Below, piece after piece: positions 24,802 to 36,592 of a stretch of 64,000 nucleotides of DNA. Location of the stretch: contig OX638150.1 in the NCBI GenBank assembly GCA_951804945.1, forward strand, positions 35,836,001 to 35,900,000, given 5' to 3'. The first letter of the stretch is position 1. Each line of letters starts with the position of its first letter. A program made the translations under genes and the position numbers. Under the pieces are notes generated by a model that did not search any database, was not told the origin of the DNA, and saw nothing but the letters and a program-made list of their open reading frames with translations. Origin of the DNA: Podarcis cretensis. Lineage: Eukaryota.

Positions 24802-25404
24802 GTAAGTTGAACAGGCCAGGAAAAATTAAGTAGCAAAACTGCAGGCGGAATCGTATTACAAGCCACATGGGGCCGTAGCCCAAAATGGCACCCTGTGGCG
24901 CAATTCCCTGTAACGTTGGTAACCAATTAGAGAGAAAAACACACATTATGGAGTGCAGTGAGTGGGGGGGTTAACTCCCCCCCCCAGCTGATGTACCACA
25001 ATGGACATAAAAGCTGCCCCCAGCAGCTTATTGGAGATCAGCAGAGATGCAATGGACAAACGCTGTCTCTTTTTCAGCAGGCTGAGTAGCAGGATTAGGC
25101 CTTTCCCTCTCCTTTGGTGAAAAGCCAAGAGAACTTGATTTCCATCCCCTCTGTGGCATGTGGGGAGGAGAGGGTGCACTCCCCTGCCCAGCACATGGCA
25201 ATGAGCATGAGGATTGAGCCCTCCTGGTCACCTGAGGAGGTGGCATGGCTTCAGGGAGATTGCCAGGGACAGGGGAAGAGCACTGGCGAGCTGAAGACTC
25301 CTCAGCCTTCTCTTAGAGAAGCCAGTCATGATCAGTCTTGAAGTGCCGGACTTCATGGTAACCTTCCCTATCACACTGAAATAGTACTACTCTTTATTTC
25401 TTTA

Positions 25405-25631
25405 CAGTGGTACCTCGGGTTACATACGCTTCAGGTTACAGACTCCGCTAACCCAGAAATAGTTACCTCGAGTTAAGAACTTTGCTTCAGGATGAGAACA
25501 GAAATCATGCAGCGGCAGCGCAATGGCAGCAGGAGACCCCATTAGCTAAAGTGGTGCTTCAGGTTAAGAACAGTTTCAGGTTAAGAACAGACCTCCAGAA
25601 TGAATTAAGTTCTTAACCCGAGGTACCACTC
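25405..25631 (+). mobile_element. Tc1/mariner (Tigger-like) MITE, ZACN intron 7
   Basis: TA TSD, CAGTGGTACCTCGGGTTA TIR. Confidence 0.88.
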
Positions 25632-25780
25632 TACTTACAATAGTCTTTCCCGTCAAAGTGCCTTTAGTTAATTTTTGCTGGATAAGTTCTGTGTTTTAGC
25701 TGCTGGAATTTGTTAAAGGGACTGGATATTGTTAAATTTTAGTGTGTTAGGGGTTGTTTTGTTTTTGTAAGTCGCCTCGA

Positions 25781-26053
25781 GAGCTCATCCATACTTCCTG
25801 TCAGGCTGCATTTCTAGGCACAGGCCCGTGCTTTTAAAGCACCGTGTCTGGGCACAAAAACCCATTCTTAAAAGCTGAATCCCAGCAAATGGCTATCCAT
25901 AAGAAACCCGTTTGTTCTGATTGAGCGTTAAAGAACAGGTTTTCACAGGGAATGTGCTGGGGCAAAATAAAGCAATAATGCTCAGACATGGTGCTTTAAA
26001 GTGTGGAATTGTGCCTAGAAAGTGCAGGGCAAAAGGTAAGTGTGGATGAGCCC
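25781..26053. mobile_element. MITE with long imperfect TIRs (PIF/Harbinger-like)
   Basis: GCTCATCCATACTT...TTTCTAGGCACA...TTTAAAGCACC mirrored by GGTGCTTTAAA...TGTGCCTAGAAA...AAGTGTGGATGAGC. Confidence 0.65.
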
Positions 26054-28268
26054 TGGGTTTCTTTAGAGAAATAGGCAGACTTTTATTTATTTTTATTTTT
26101 AAATGAAAGACAGCATCAAGACAGAGTATAGTGAACTATAGGTCACAGAGGTGGGAAGGAGAGCTTGCCAGAGGGATGTCATTTTGGTCAGTGGCTAAGT
26201 GTTCTTCCTACTTTGCAGTGCTTCCCCAAGCACTTCTTGTGAATAAGAAAAACAATGTGCTGATTTAGTTAAGAGCTTCTCTCCCAGCACACATTTCTTC
26301 ACCCTAACTCAGAATATCCTTCCTTGTGCACTGAGGCGCACAGGAATGAGCTAGAGTGCTGTGGAACAAGAGCCTAAATTCTCTTAATTAAGATTAATCA
26401 AATGGTTCTTACATCAAACAGCAATATCCTTCTATTCACCATTTTATACACTGCATAGCTGCTTAAAGAAAGAGAGGGAGGTGGGTGGGTGGGTGTGGGT
26501 GTGGGCGTCTCTTACTATATGCATAAAATTGTAAGGCTGTCATTGTGCAGCCTTTGTGGAAGGATTTGTAGTGCCTCATCACAACTCTGGATTTGCATGG
26601 AGTCAGGGCAGAAGAGGAGCAAAATAGAAGGCTGCTTACATGGGCAGGGACACACACACACACACACACACATGATTTCAAACATGATTGACTTTGTTGA
26701 TGAATAAGAGACATTTGTTAGGATGAGTCATGAGCCATGACTCATATGCTCCTTCCCAGACTAGTTTTAATGGCTGTTACAAGACTGCAAAGTGAAGGTT
26801 TCTTTCTTTTCCACATGCATGCACATGGCCACACTAAATATCATATTAATAGAGATAGGCAGAAGGTCGATCTGTTCTGCTGATGCATCTTTGGGTGATT
26901 TGTGGTGTATTGACCAGGAGTCTGACTCACTATTGTTTAAGAATAATAGCAACAAAATGTCACCAATACTTAAGCTGAGATTCAGGCATTGCAGGAGATC
27001 AGACTTGATGACCCATGGGGTCCCTTCCAACACTATAATTATATTATTCTGTTCTATGACTCCCCCACTACCCATCCTAAATGATATTGCTGAAATGAAG
27101 AAAGTTTAAGGTAACTAGGTATGGATTTTTGTACTGAAGAACCAGGAGCTCTGTTCAGTTCTGGAACTTAGAAGCAAATACCTGGGCTCAGAATTATTTA
27201 ATTCTAAGCACACACCATTTTGCAACAGGCACTGGTTTGTAGATCCTGACATTCTAATAGAAAACAATGTGCAAAACTAAAAGTCTGCCTGCCCCTGATG
27301 CTAAACACATCATCAGTGTCCTCTTTTACAAAATATTTTTTTTAAAGTGGGCCTGTGTGAGTGAGATTCAGGCCTTAGCTATTCCTACAATGGGGTGGGG
27401 TGGGGACATGAGAACGATGTGTTTAACAACATGTCTGGCATACACATGGGCCAGGGATGGGGAACTTCTGGCCCTCCAGATGTTGTTAGGCTCCAACTCC
27501 CAGCAGCCTCCTCTTTGAATGGCCAATGGTCAGGGAGATGGGAGTTGGTAGGAATGACAATTGCAAGTTAGATGGTAGGAATGACAATTGCAAGTAAGCA
27601 ATTGTCAGTACAGATGGAACTCGATTCCACTTATTGCTCAACTTCATCATTTTCTGATACTGCCAAAACACTTGCTCATTCCCTCCGAAATGCTATTCTT
27701 TACTGCTCCTGTTCCTGCAATGAATAACACTATAAGGATTGCCGTCATTGTGTTCCTCTTCAAACCTGTCACTTTTTTGTTTCCTGTGCCTGGTTCTCTT
27801 GTCCTTTGCAATACAGTACAAAAACCTTTCCCTCATCTTTTGAAATCACTTCATGCTTTTCCTCTGCTCAATCTTTTAGCTCTGTCTTGTTTTCTTCATC
27901 CTGGCTGAAACCTCTTGGTTAAGCCTCAGCTCACAGTACTATAAAAATTCCTTACTTTGCAGCACATTTTCACCAAGGAATGTAATGCTGTCAAAAGAGT
28001 GGTCACGAAGACCAAACATCAAGGCCAAGCAGGCAGCTCCAGCTCTCCTTTCTGGCAATCGACGTAAAAATAATGTTTTGTAAAAATGATGGTTTCACTG
28101 GAAATTATGTGCACGCTTATTTTGAGTTTTTCAGTTCATGTCTGCTAGTTTCCCTCTGGCATTCTACAGCTATGCTAAACAATTTTTTGAAGTCAATTGC
28201 TTAGAACAATTATCCAATGATTTGCTCAACAGCTGTGCAATTAATTTCCTCTTTTTTCTAAACTCCAG

Positions 28269-28463
28269 GTTATTACTACATCAGTCTCCTGGTGTTACTA
28301 TTCCTTAGCACAATTGAGACTGTTTTGGTGACAAAGTTGGTTACTGACAACAGTAATCTCTGGCTGAATTGTGGATGTCAGTGGAGAAAGGGAAAGGCTA
28401 CCACTATGCTACCTACAGATCAAAGCAATAATCCAGAACATACAAAAGATCCTGGGGAAAGCG
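28269..28463 (+). CDS. ZACN: ZACN coding exon 8 (M3 and intracellular loop)
   Basis: ctccag|...|GTAGGT; YYYISLLVLLFLSTIETVL. Confidence 0.93.
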
Positions 28464-29367
28464 GTAGGTGCTAACGGGAAATAAAACAAAATGACATTCC
28501 CCAAACAAGGTGACTAGTAGCAAGCCACTTTCAGTGTGCAATAGCCTTTCTCAAACATGGGGAACTCAACTACCATCAGCTCCAGCCAGTATTGCACCAG
28601 GCTGGGGAAAGCTGGTCTTAACAACAAAACAACAAAACAACAAAACAACAAAACAAACATCCTGATGCAGGCAAGCCTCTGGATCCACTGAAGGCTTTGT
28701 GGCAGGAAGATGGTGTAGTGCCAAAAAATGATTGAAAAGAATCAGAAGTGTAATTAATTGCTAGCAGGGCCACCCCACTCTCTCCCAAACTGTGCTATAG
28801 TGTTGCAACAGAAAGGTGGTTCTGAATATCAATAGATGGACAGCTGCAGCAACATGAGAGCCTCAACAACACACCCTTGAAGCCTTAAGGCAGGAGAACT
28901 CTGTCCCAGTTTTGTCCTCCCTCTTGCCAAGCAAGTATCTATCCTGCAAAGAAAAGAACCTACTTAAAGTACAAGACCTCCTTTATTCAGAATTTAACAA
29001 GCCCAATCATTTTCTGAATTCTGATCAGAGGCAAAATTCATTTGTTGCACAATGTTGCACAATCTGGACCCAAACCAACACCAATGCTTAGGAAAGGGGT
29101 TTGGATCTACACTAGAACTGTGAATGTATCAAAGGGGTTTGAATTCAAATTCATCAATTACCAGCTGTTTATTTTCTCAAAGTCCATCGGTAATACTTCA
29201 AATGTACCTTTCAAAAGCATCTCGGGTTCTGCTTATTTTGTTTTCTGCGGCAATCACCCGAAAGGGTTTGCATAAGAGATCACTTGAATTCCCCCTCAAG
29301 TGCTTTGGTCATATGAAGTTTGCAAGCTGAGCATTCATTCAGCTCGTCTTTTTCCTTTACCTTTCAG

Positions 29368-29564
29368 ACTGTGGGACAACTGAAGAGTCATCGCATCTCA
29401 AACAAGCTTCTGCCCATGTGGACAGGCTCTTCTTCTTCATCTACTTTGGGCTGGTTGTTGTGTTTCATCTCCTGTTTTCCGCACTCTGGCTCTTTTGGAA
29501 ATGCGAATCAGGGAAGCCTCCAGGAGAAGACTACTTAGATGGAATCAAATGGGAACAAAAATAA
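29368..29564 (+). CDS. ZACN: ZACN coding exon 9 (M4 and C-tail, stop TAA)
   Basis: ctttcag acceptor; VDRLFFFIY M4 motif; WKCESGKPPGE tail; TAA 29562-29564. Confidence 0.94.
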
Positions 29565-30456
29565 TGGTGACACCCTTAAAGCCGCGTTTTAAAGCCTTGC
29601 TTTGTACCGAGTTGAAGTTATGCATATTTGCCAATCCTCTATCTGCATAATTTGCTTTGATCTAAAGATTTATGGAAAATGGAGTGCATTCAGCAGTCTT
29701 CCAGGAGATGCATCTTGTGCCTTCAGATCTTTCTTTGAACTGATTAAATTTTTAAAAGGAAGAATACATTGAAAATGGTATTTTAGATGTGACACAAATG
29801 ATTGCTTCTCCCTAAAAAATGTGGAGAGTTTTCCTAGTTCATGTATGTTGCAGAGCAAATGTTCTCCAGTACAGTAGGTGCTTTACCCTGATATTATTTT
29901 GTGGGCAGGTGAAAACCTTTTCATTTTGTTGGACATCTGGGGATTAGTGGAGATATTATGTATTTTTGTTTTGTGGTACTATTTTTCTATTGTGTATAGG
30001 TTAGGTTTATTTGCATTTTTGAATTGTTGTCAATCATTTTATCAATAGAAACAATGAGTGATACCCAGTTGTGTCTGCCCACTTTTGCAACAGACTTCTG
30101 CTCACACAACAGGGCTTCCTTTTCTTCATTTCTCTCCTGCAACCCTTTGCCTGTCCACCAAATATGCTTTGGAGAGTTGTGGTGGCACTGTTTGGAGCAG
30201 GTTTAGGGGTGTGCGCAGGTCTGCAGGAGGGAAATATAGGAAGGGGAAAGTAATTCACCTGCAATCGATAAATACTGCACATAGACAAAAACAGAGCAGT
30301 ACCCTGCTCCTAGAAAGCCCAGGTAGTTTTCACTCACCTATCTGGTAGTGTATTGCTGTTACTAGCATCGTACAGTTACTGAAATGTGGCTCTCCAATTA
30401 CACCTAGATTAATCTTTGTGTGTACTATTCCTCTTTCCCTCGGATCTGCATTTTCC

Positions 30457-30462
30457 AATAAA
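30457..30462 (+). terminator. Candidate ZACN polyadenylation signal AATAAA
   Basis: First AATAAA I found after the ZACN stop (ATTAAA at 29743-29748 and AATAAA at 30958-30963 are alternatives). Confidence 0.4.
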
Positions 30463-31327
30463 AGGAGTGTAGAATTACTAATGTACAAAACGAAAAGGAG
30501 TACAGGTGATGCCTTTTAATGCTGCTATGATAAAACAACCAGATGGATTAAGGGAATAACATTCAGTCTCAGTTCACCTGCCCAAAAAGACAACAGAAGA
30601 GACATGACTCAGGAACTAGCTAGAACAAATACTGAGAGAAGAGTAAAGGTGCAAGGTACATGCAGGTGGAAAGCCGGAACTGTACCAAATCCAAGTTATC
30701 TGGCTCACAAATACACATTCACCACTTGCTGCATGTGCTGCCCTTGCTACAAATTGCATGTGTGAATGGGACCAGAGATCAAGCACTGCAAACCGAACCT
30801 GCTTACCACCTCAGGCACAGTGCATTTCAGTGGAGTCTGTTCATATCTTCAGCTGTGAGTATTCAACAACGCATGACTCAAGCAGTGAGCATGTGCCATA
30901 TGAACGGGCCTAACAAAGTCAAATCAGAGTCTTGCAAGAAGCAGACATGCAAATGTGAATAAAAGGTAGGGGTCGCTAGTAAGAAAACCAAATAGTGGAG
31001 GGGGGTAACCTACCATTAAGAAACAAATGTTGAGTTTTTAATAATATTGAAGACAGAGGCAGCAATGGGATCACACAGGAGCTGTTAAATTAAGTGTTAA
31101 ATAGCTCAAGCAGCTTTCTATTTCTTGTCCTAACTTTTCTGTATCTTGGTTAGGTGATAAAAGTTGGTTGTGTTTGTCATGGGAATTGTGGAAGTCTACA
31201 ATGAGTACAAGCACGTCATCCATACTTCCTAGCAACGCTTTGAGAATATGGCACTCCTCCTCATTCTTTCCCACAAGTTTGTTTCTAGGTCAATAGGACT
31301 AGATAATAGTTATTCTCAGATAATGCT

Positions 31328-31552
31328 AGAATTGTAATCCAGGCAATTGATTTCTCTAAATTGCAGTAAGAGCACCAATTGCATCAACGCTTGAGGCATT
31401 TTTAACAGGGGTCTGATTTTCCTACTTAAAGTTTTAGGGCTGTTTCAACTTTAAGTAGGAAAATCAGACCCCTATTAAAAATGCCTCAAGTGTTGATGAA
31501 ATCTGTGCTCTTACTGCAGTTTAGAGAAATCCATTGCCTGGACTGCAATTCT
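31328..31552. repeat. Long inverted repeat (106-bp arms, 13-nt loop)
   Basis: 31328-31433 is the reverse complement of 31447-31552, 97/106 matches by hand count, no gaps. Confidence 0.95.
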
Positions 31553-33336
31553 TTTAGAAGCAGAACATTGTGATCCAGTAGTTGAAAAGTAACAATCCAA
31601 TATATCTGCAGGTTATCTTTGGAAGATGCATTACCATCACCACTGAAAAACACTCAAAAACTGCAGGGAATAGCTATGAGACCTTTCCAGCTCTTTACTG
31701 AGTGCCATTAAGATAACCAACATGTAACATTATTTCAAATCTTCAGGCACTCTGGAGTGACTGCACTGCAGGGAAGGTTTTTGAAAGGGGTGATGCTCTT
31801 GAATCTACCATTGAAAAATTACACCTTGAAGCTAAGAGCTCTAATTGAAGTGGAAATCCATAGAGATAGTTTTTGGGTCCCTTCCAACTCTACAATTCTA
31901 TGATGTAGAGATCCCCAAATGGCTAACAGTGCAATTCAATACCTTTCGAGCAGTACAAGTAAATATACGATCAGATACATCTTAACGCATGTCTGCATAT
32001 GGCTACATATGTTCTGTGCCAAGCCAGCACAAAATGCCTTTCTGCTTTCCAACTCTGGAATGCCCTCCCCAAAGTAGTACAATGGCCAGAGTATAATGTT
32101 CCCAGGTTCAGGATAAAATGTGGTGTTGGCATTTGAAAGCATTAAGATGCCTCAATCTGCTTTTAGTTTCTTTAGTCTCTGATTGCCTCCCCATTGCCAA
32201 GTCATTATGAAAGATGTTACAAGAGTTGCTTTTATGCTAATATCTCTTTGTACACTGTCCTGGAATCCATTAGAGGAAGAGCAGCTTAGAAAATTCTTAA
32301 AGAAATACATCCAAGTCTTACTTGTCCCTAGAGGAGAAGGGAATGAAAAAAGAGACCAAGATACACTGTCAGCACAAGACCTCATGTCAGGAAAATCTCC
32401 ACTGAACTTTCTGGCTCACTTATAAAATGCTGAACCAGGCATGGAAGAGATTATTTTACAATTGCATCCATTACCCTATTTTCTTGCCAATTATTGGCCT
32501 TTCAGGATACTTATCTACCATTTACATATCCACTGGTAGTAATCAATAAGTGATTTCCCCCTTTCTTTTCGGGAGTAACTTCTCACACATTTCAACAGGG
32601 CATACAAGGAAAGAGGGAAAGAACCTCTAGATTAAAAAAGAAATAAAGAAATAAACTGAGCCAAAATAACTCAGCAGAGCGGACTCTGCAAGGGCTTGAT
32701 TAAGCTGGGTAAGCCTGCAGATACTTGATGGCCTTTCTTGATTTTTGTTTATTGGGCTGGCTGTACCAGGTGACCTCCAGACAATTAGCTCCCATTTCGG
32801 TCTGACCATCTTTGTAGACATTTTTAATAATTTGAGGCTTTGCTGTATTTTGTGAGTGGCAGCATCTTTCCACTTATAACACCATGCAGCTGTCCCAAGT
32901 GCCATCTACAAGTAGATTTTTTTGTTTGTGGATAACTGTTTGTTGGTGTTTGTATGTTCCTTGTAGTCCTGTTGAAACTAAAAAATAAAATAAAATAAAA
33001 AAGGAAAATTAGGGAGAGTTGGGTTTTAAGCTTACATAGTAATGGCCAGGGCAGTGCCTCTGAAGGAGAAACTAGCTCATCCTTAAGCTATAGGTTGCAC
33101 TTGTGTGCACACTATACCGAAGGATTTAGCCCTGTGCGGAAAAGAGAATTCTATACATATTACTAGTATCTTAGGAACACCTACCCACCAAGCAAGATTT
33201 CAACCAATGATCTTGTAAGAAGAAAGAGACAACCCATAAATCATGTTCTTAGGAATTTATAAATTTGATAAATACAAGCATAACTCATGGCCATCATACT
33301 GGGCTGAGAAAGTACTGAGACATACAGGCAGGGAGG

Positions 33337-33439
33337 TCATGCTGATGTGTCGAACAGTTTCTCAATCATCTCTCCCACCTGCTCCACCCTGTATTTAATG
33401 TATTTCTCAGGGTTCTTGGTAAAGGGTACATTGCCATAC
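33337..33439 (-). CDS. EXOC7: EXOC7 last coding exon (YGNVPFTKNPEKYIKYRVEQVGEMIEKLFDTSA*)
   Basis: tggcag acceptor; KNPEKYIKY motif; TGA at 33339-33337. Confidence 0.97.
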
Positions 33440-34631
33440 CTGCCAAAGGAAAAGCAAGGGGGAGAAAAAGGTGTGACAAGCATGGACAGGGTTTCTCACT
33501 CCTCAATTCCCCTCCCCTTCTTCACCAGATGCCAGAACAACATGCAGTGGACAGGATTCAACTAACTAGTCCCACTAACGAAAGCCTGTGCAAGAACATT
33601 TGCTGGTGCAATGGGGTTTTCCATCTTCCTCTCCCATGTGCCCCCTGAAAGTGGCTCAGGGAGCAAAGGTGGCAAAACCTCCACTTATACTGACAGAACA
33701 ATCAACATTGCATTATGTTGAATTCCCCCAATCTATTCATTTTCAGTGAAGTTAGAGAACTGCTACAAGCGGTCGAAGATCTGTTATACAGCAAGGCTGA
33801 AGAGAAAAAGAATTGCTGTGTTTATTCCGAGTGCTGGGAGTTTAACGTGATGCAGGCTAAGCTACAACTACATACATTTGGTGCACAAAATGATGCCTTC
33901 TTGATCCACCTACAATCAAATGTAGCCAGCTACTGGTACAGACAAAAACCCACAAAGGGGTGGCAACTATCCTAACTCTCCTCACCATCTTTCTCCCATA
34001 ACAACTGCCTAGGCAAATCCTTTCTTCCAAAAATGAGGAAAGGAGTTAACCTCGCAGCCCATTGGTGTTGGAAGTGGGTGAGCCTTTGCAACTCCAACAA
34101 GTGCTCTGGGCTGCTATAGAGCCAGAAGACGTATTATACCTGTCCTTCTGCTTAGATCCCCAGCTTAGATAGTTGCTTGTACATTATGCTTCATAAATTT
34201 CTTTCTAGAAGAGCTAGAGACCTCCCCCCCCCAAAAAAAAAAAAGAAAAGAAAGCTCAGAGTCAATTGTTCCTGTTCAGGTGTGCCAATGTGGGCCTTCA
34301 CAGGTGGCAGGTGGGCAACCTCCACCCTTATGGTCAGAATCCATTTATTTCAATTGGGGGTGTAGGAGAAGTGAAGAGTGGGGGGGGGGGAGGCAACAAA
34401 CTAAAATACTAAATTCAACAATGGCAATTCATAGTCACGTTTCAAAGGTATCCTCTCAATGCATACTAATAACTTGGGGGCCTTCAGACACCGGGGGAGG
34501 GGCTAATTCTGCACATATCTATAAACCCATCACAGACAATGATAGCTTTCAAAATAGGAACACAGGAACACAACTTTAAAAGCCTGTCAAAACTCTCTGA
34601 ACAAAGACATCTTTGTGGGTCAAATAATTAC

Positions 34632-34765
34632 CTGCTTAGTAAGGCAGAATAGGTCTCTAGCACAATATTTTTCTGGGTTTTCCGGATTTTGTCCCTCTGT
34701 TCTGTGTCAGGGATGGCCCAAGCCTTCTGGATTTTACACAGCTCCTCCAGACAATCATTAAAACC
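34632..34765 (-). CDS. EXOC7: EXOC7 exon (GFNDCLEELCKIQKAWAIPDTEQR...ETYSALLSR)
   Basis: 134 nt; QKAWAIPD motif; ggaaag|...|GTAATT. Confidence 0.96.
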
Positions 34766-34878
34766 CTTTCCCAGAGAGAAGATAATGTTAAGCATGCATT
34801 TGGTTCTGTAGAGCAGTTGGAAAAGTTAACACAATGGGTGCAAAGCCAAGAACAAGAACATCTGTCTAGGCCAATTAC

Positions 34879-34920
34879 CTTAAAGCGATCCTTGATGGCC
34901 TGCCTCTCTTTGTCTTTGAG
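34879..34920 (-). CDS. EXOC7: EXOC7 exon (LKDKERQAIKDRFK)
   Basis: 42 nt, ccacag|...|GTAATT. Confidence 0.95.
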
Positions 34921-35249
34921 CTGTGGGAGATTGAGAAAAAGAGCTCTTCTGGTTATTTCTTCTTCTCAGACTAATTTGTTCCAGGGCTGATATTCCAATG
35001 CTTCTTGATTAATTGGGAGCACTTAGCTTGATGCTGGGCCTTATACATTCATAGGAGTCTTATACAGGCCTTACAGACATGCACTCAGTTAATACTCAAT
35101 GAGTATTTCTGCTTTTGCTATAGCGTAATGGCATGGGAATAAAGCTGCTCCCCACACTTCTGTTTGAGCACTATAGACAGGGATCTAAAGGTTTTCCCAG
35201 CACAAAGCAGGCAATATTTCCCTTTGGCAACCACCACACTCAAAGAACT

Positions 35250-35680
35250 AGGGTCAGTTATCCATGCCCAGGTTACTTTCACTGCAATGCTCTCTATGTG
35301 GTGCTGCCTTGGAAAATAGTAACTTCATTAATGCAAAACGCTAGTGCCCGATTATCTGGAGAGGGTAACTCTGATCTTATATCAACCTGTACTTTTGCCC
35401 ATTTATTTTTTCTGGGATTGATTTACAGTGCTGAATTTGACCTTGAAAGCCTTAGGCAGTTTAGGACCAGATTACTTGAGAAACCACTTGCACCCATATG
35501 AACCTGTCTGGCCTTTAGGTTTGATCTTGCTGGCCCTGCTCTCTGTCCTGTCTACTGGTAAGATCAGGAAACAATGTATGAGAGACAGGGTGTTATCTGT
35601 GGCAGTGCCTGTGAAAGATCCTCTCATGAGAGATCTGTAGGCAGTTAGCAAGGACTTCCTTATTCCAGCTGGCTTTTAAT
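35250..35680 (+). mobile_element. Degraded L2-type LINE fragment
   Basis: HCNALYVVLPWK resembles the L2 ORF2 C-terminal DYCNxLxxGLP motif; boundaries approximate. Confidence 0.55.
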
Positions 35681-35997
35681 GCAAACTGCATATAAGCATT
35701 TCATGTGCCATTAATTTTTAAAAAATCTTTGGTGATGGGACAAGATCTGGATCATCACAAATTTGGAGGGGTGGCTTGTTTTCCTGGATGATACAGTCCT
35801 GCCAAAATTGGCCTTCCTCACAAAGCTGATAAGAGTCTTGGGAGGGAATACTAAACACATTCAATACCATGAACAGTTTGGCTCCAATGTGATTTCCACA
35901 ACAAACTCTTAAATAGGGGTGTGGGGGGGGGTGTGGGTGTGTGTAATATACATCCTAACTTTCCAACACAGAAAAGCTACTTCTGAAGTGTTCTCAC

Positions 35998-36061
35998 CTT
36001 GACTCCAGGTTGGACGACAGGCAAGTTTCTGTCCAAGAAAGAGTCAGTTACTTTCAACCAG
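35998..36061 (-). CDS. EXOC7: EXOC7 exon (WLKVTDSFLDRNLPVVQPGVK)
   Basis: 64 nt, tttcag|...|GTGAGA. Confidence 0.95.
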
Positions 36062-36464
36062 CTGAAATAGACATAAAGAAGAGTAAGCAACATGGGTGTG
36101 ATGGCCACACAAACAAATGAATAAAATAAGTGACAAATTACATATGCATATGCTATATATGCTCCAATATATAGGGGATCCAAATAGGGGGTCTAGACCT
36201 TTATCACAGCATGTTTGGCTTCAAACATGGATCTGTCTGTACATCCAGGGCTCAGAAGAAGACGTGCTTTTAAGTAGCTTGTGTTATTTGGGCATTAAGT
36301 GATACAGAAATTAAGTAAGAATAATAATATTTGTTAGGCTGCTCCAGGGGTACGAAAATGGATCTGACCAGTGGGCTGCATCCAGCACCTCCAGCACCTG
36401 TAGGCCATTCTGACAAGTGAGCATCACCATGACATCAGATGGAGCATTTTGCTTTGCAGTCTGA

Positions 36465-36592
36465 AATCACAGAATCTTAAGAGTTGGGAGGGACCCAAGG
36501 GTCATTTAGTCCAACCCCCCGCCATGCAGGAATCTCAGCTAAAGCATCCATGACAGAGGGCCATCCAACTGCTGCTTAAAAACCTCCAGGGA
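36465..36592 (-). mobile_element. CR1 LINE 3' end
   Basis: Reverse of GGAGGTTTTTAAGCAG...GGTCCCTCCCAACTCT..GATTCT. Confidence 0.75.

Larger units (their letters stand above)
18451..29564 (+). other. ZACN: ZACN gene span (9 coding exons; zinc-activated ligand-gated ion channel, Cys-loop superfamily), 416 aa
   Basis: Nine GT-AG exons splice in phase into one 1251-nt ORF: signal peptide, Cys-loop C-NFDLLYYPRDSTH-C, four hydrophobic TM segments, ZAC-typical SSSCNPLL and LLFLSTIETVL motifs; convergent with EXOC7 as in other vertebrates. Confidence 0.96.

Noticed and set aside
27546-27595. Two 23-bp direct repeats with 27-bp period
   Set aside because: Simple local tandem duplication at a MITE edge; two units only, not a CRISPR-like array
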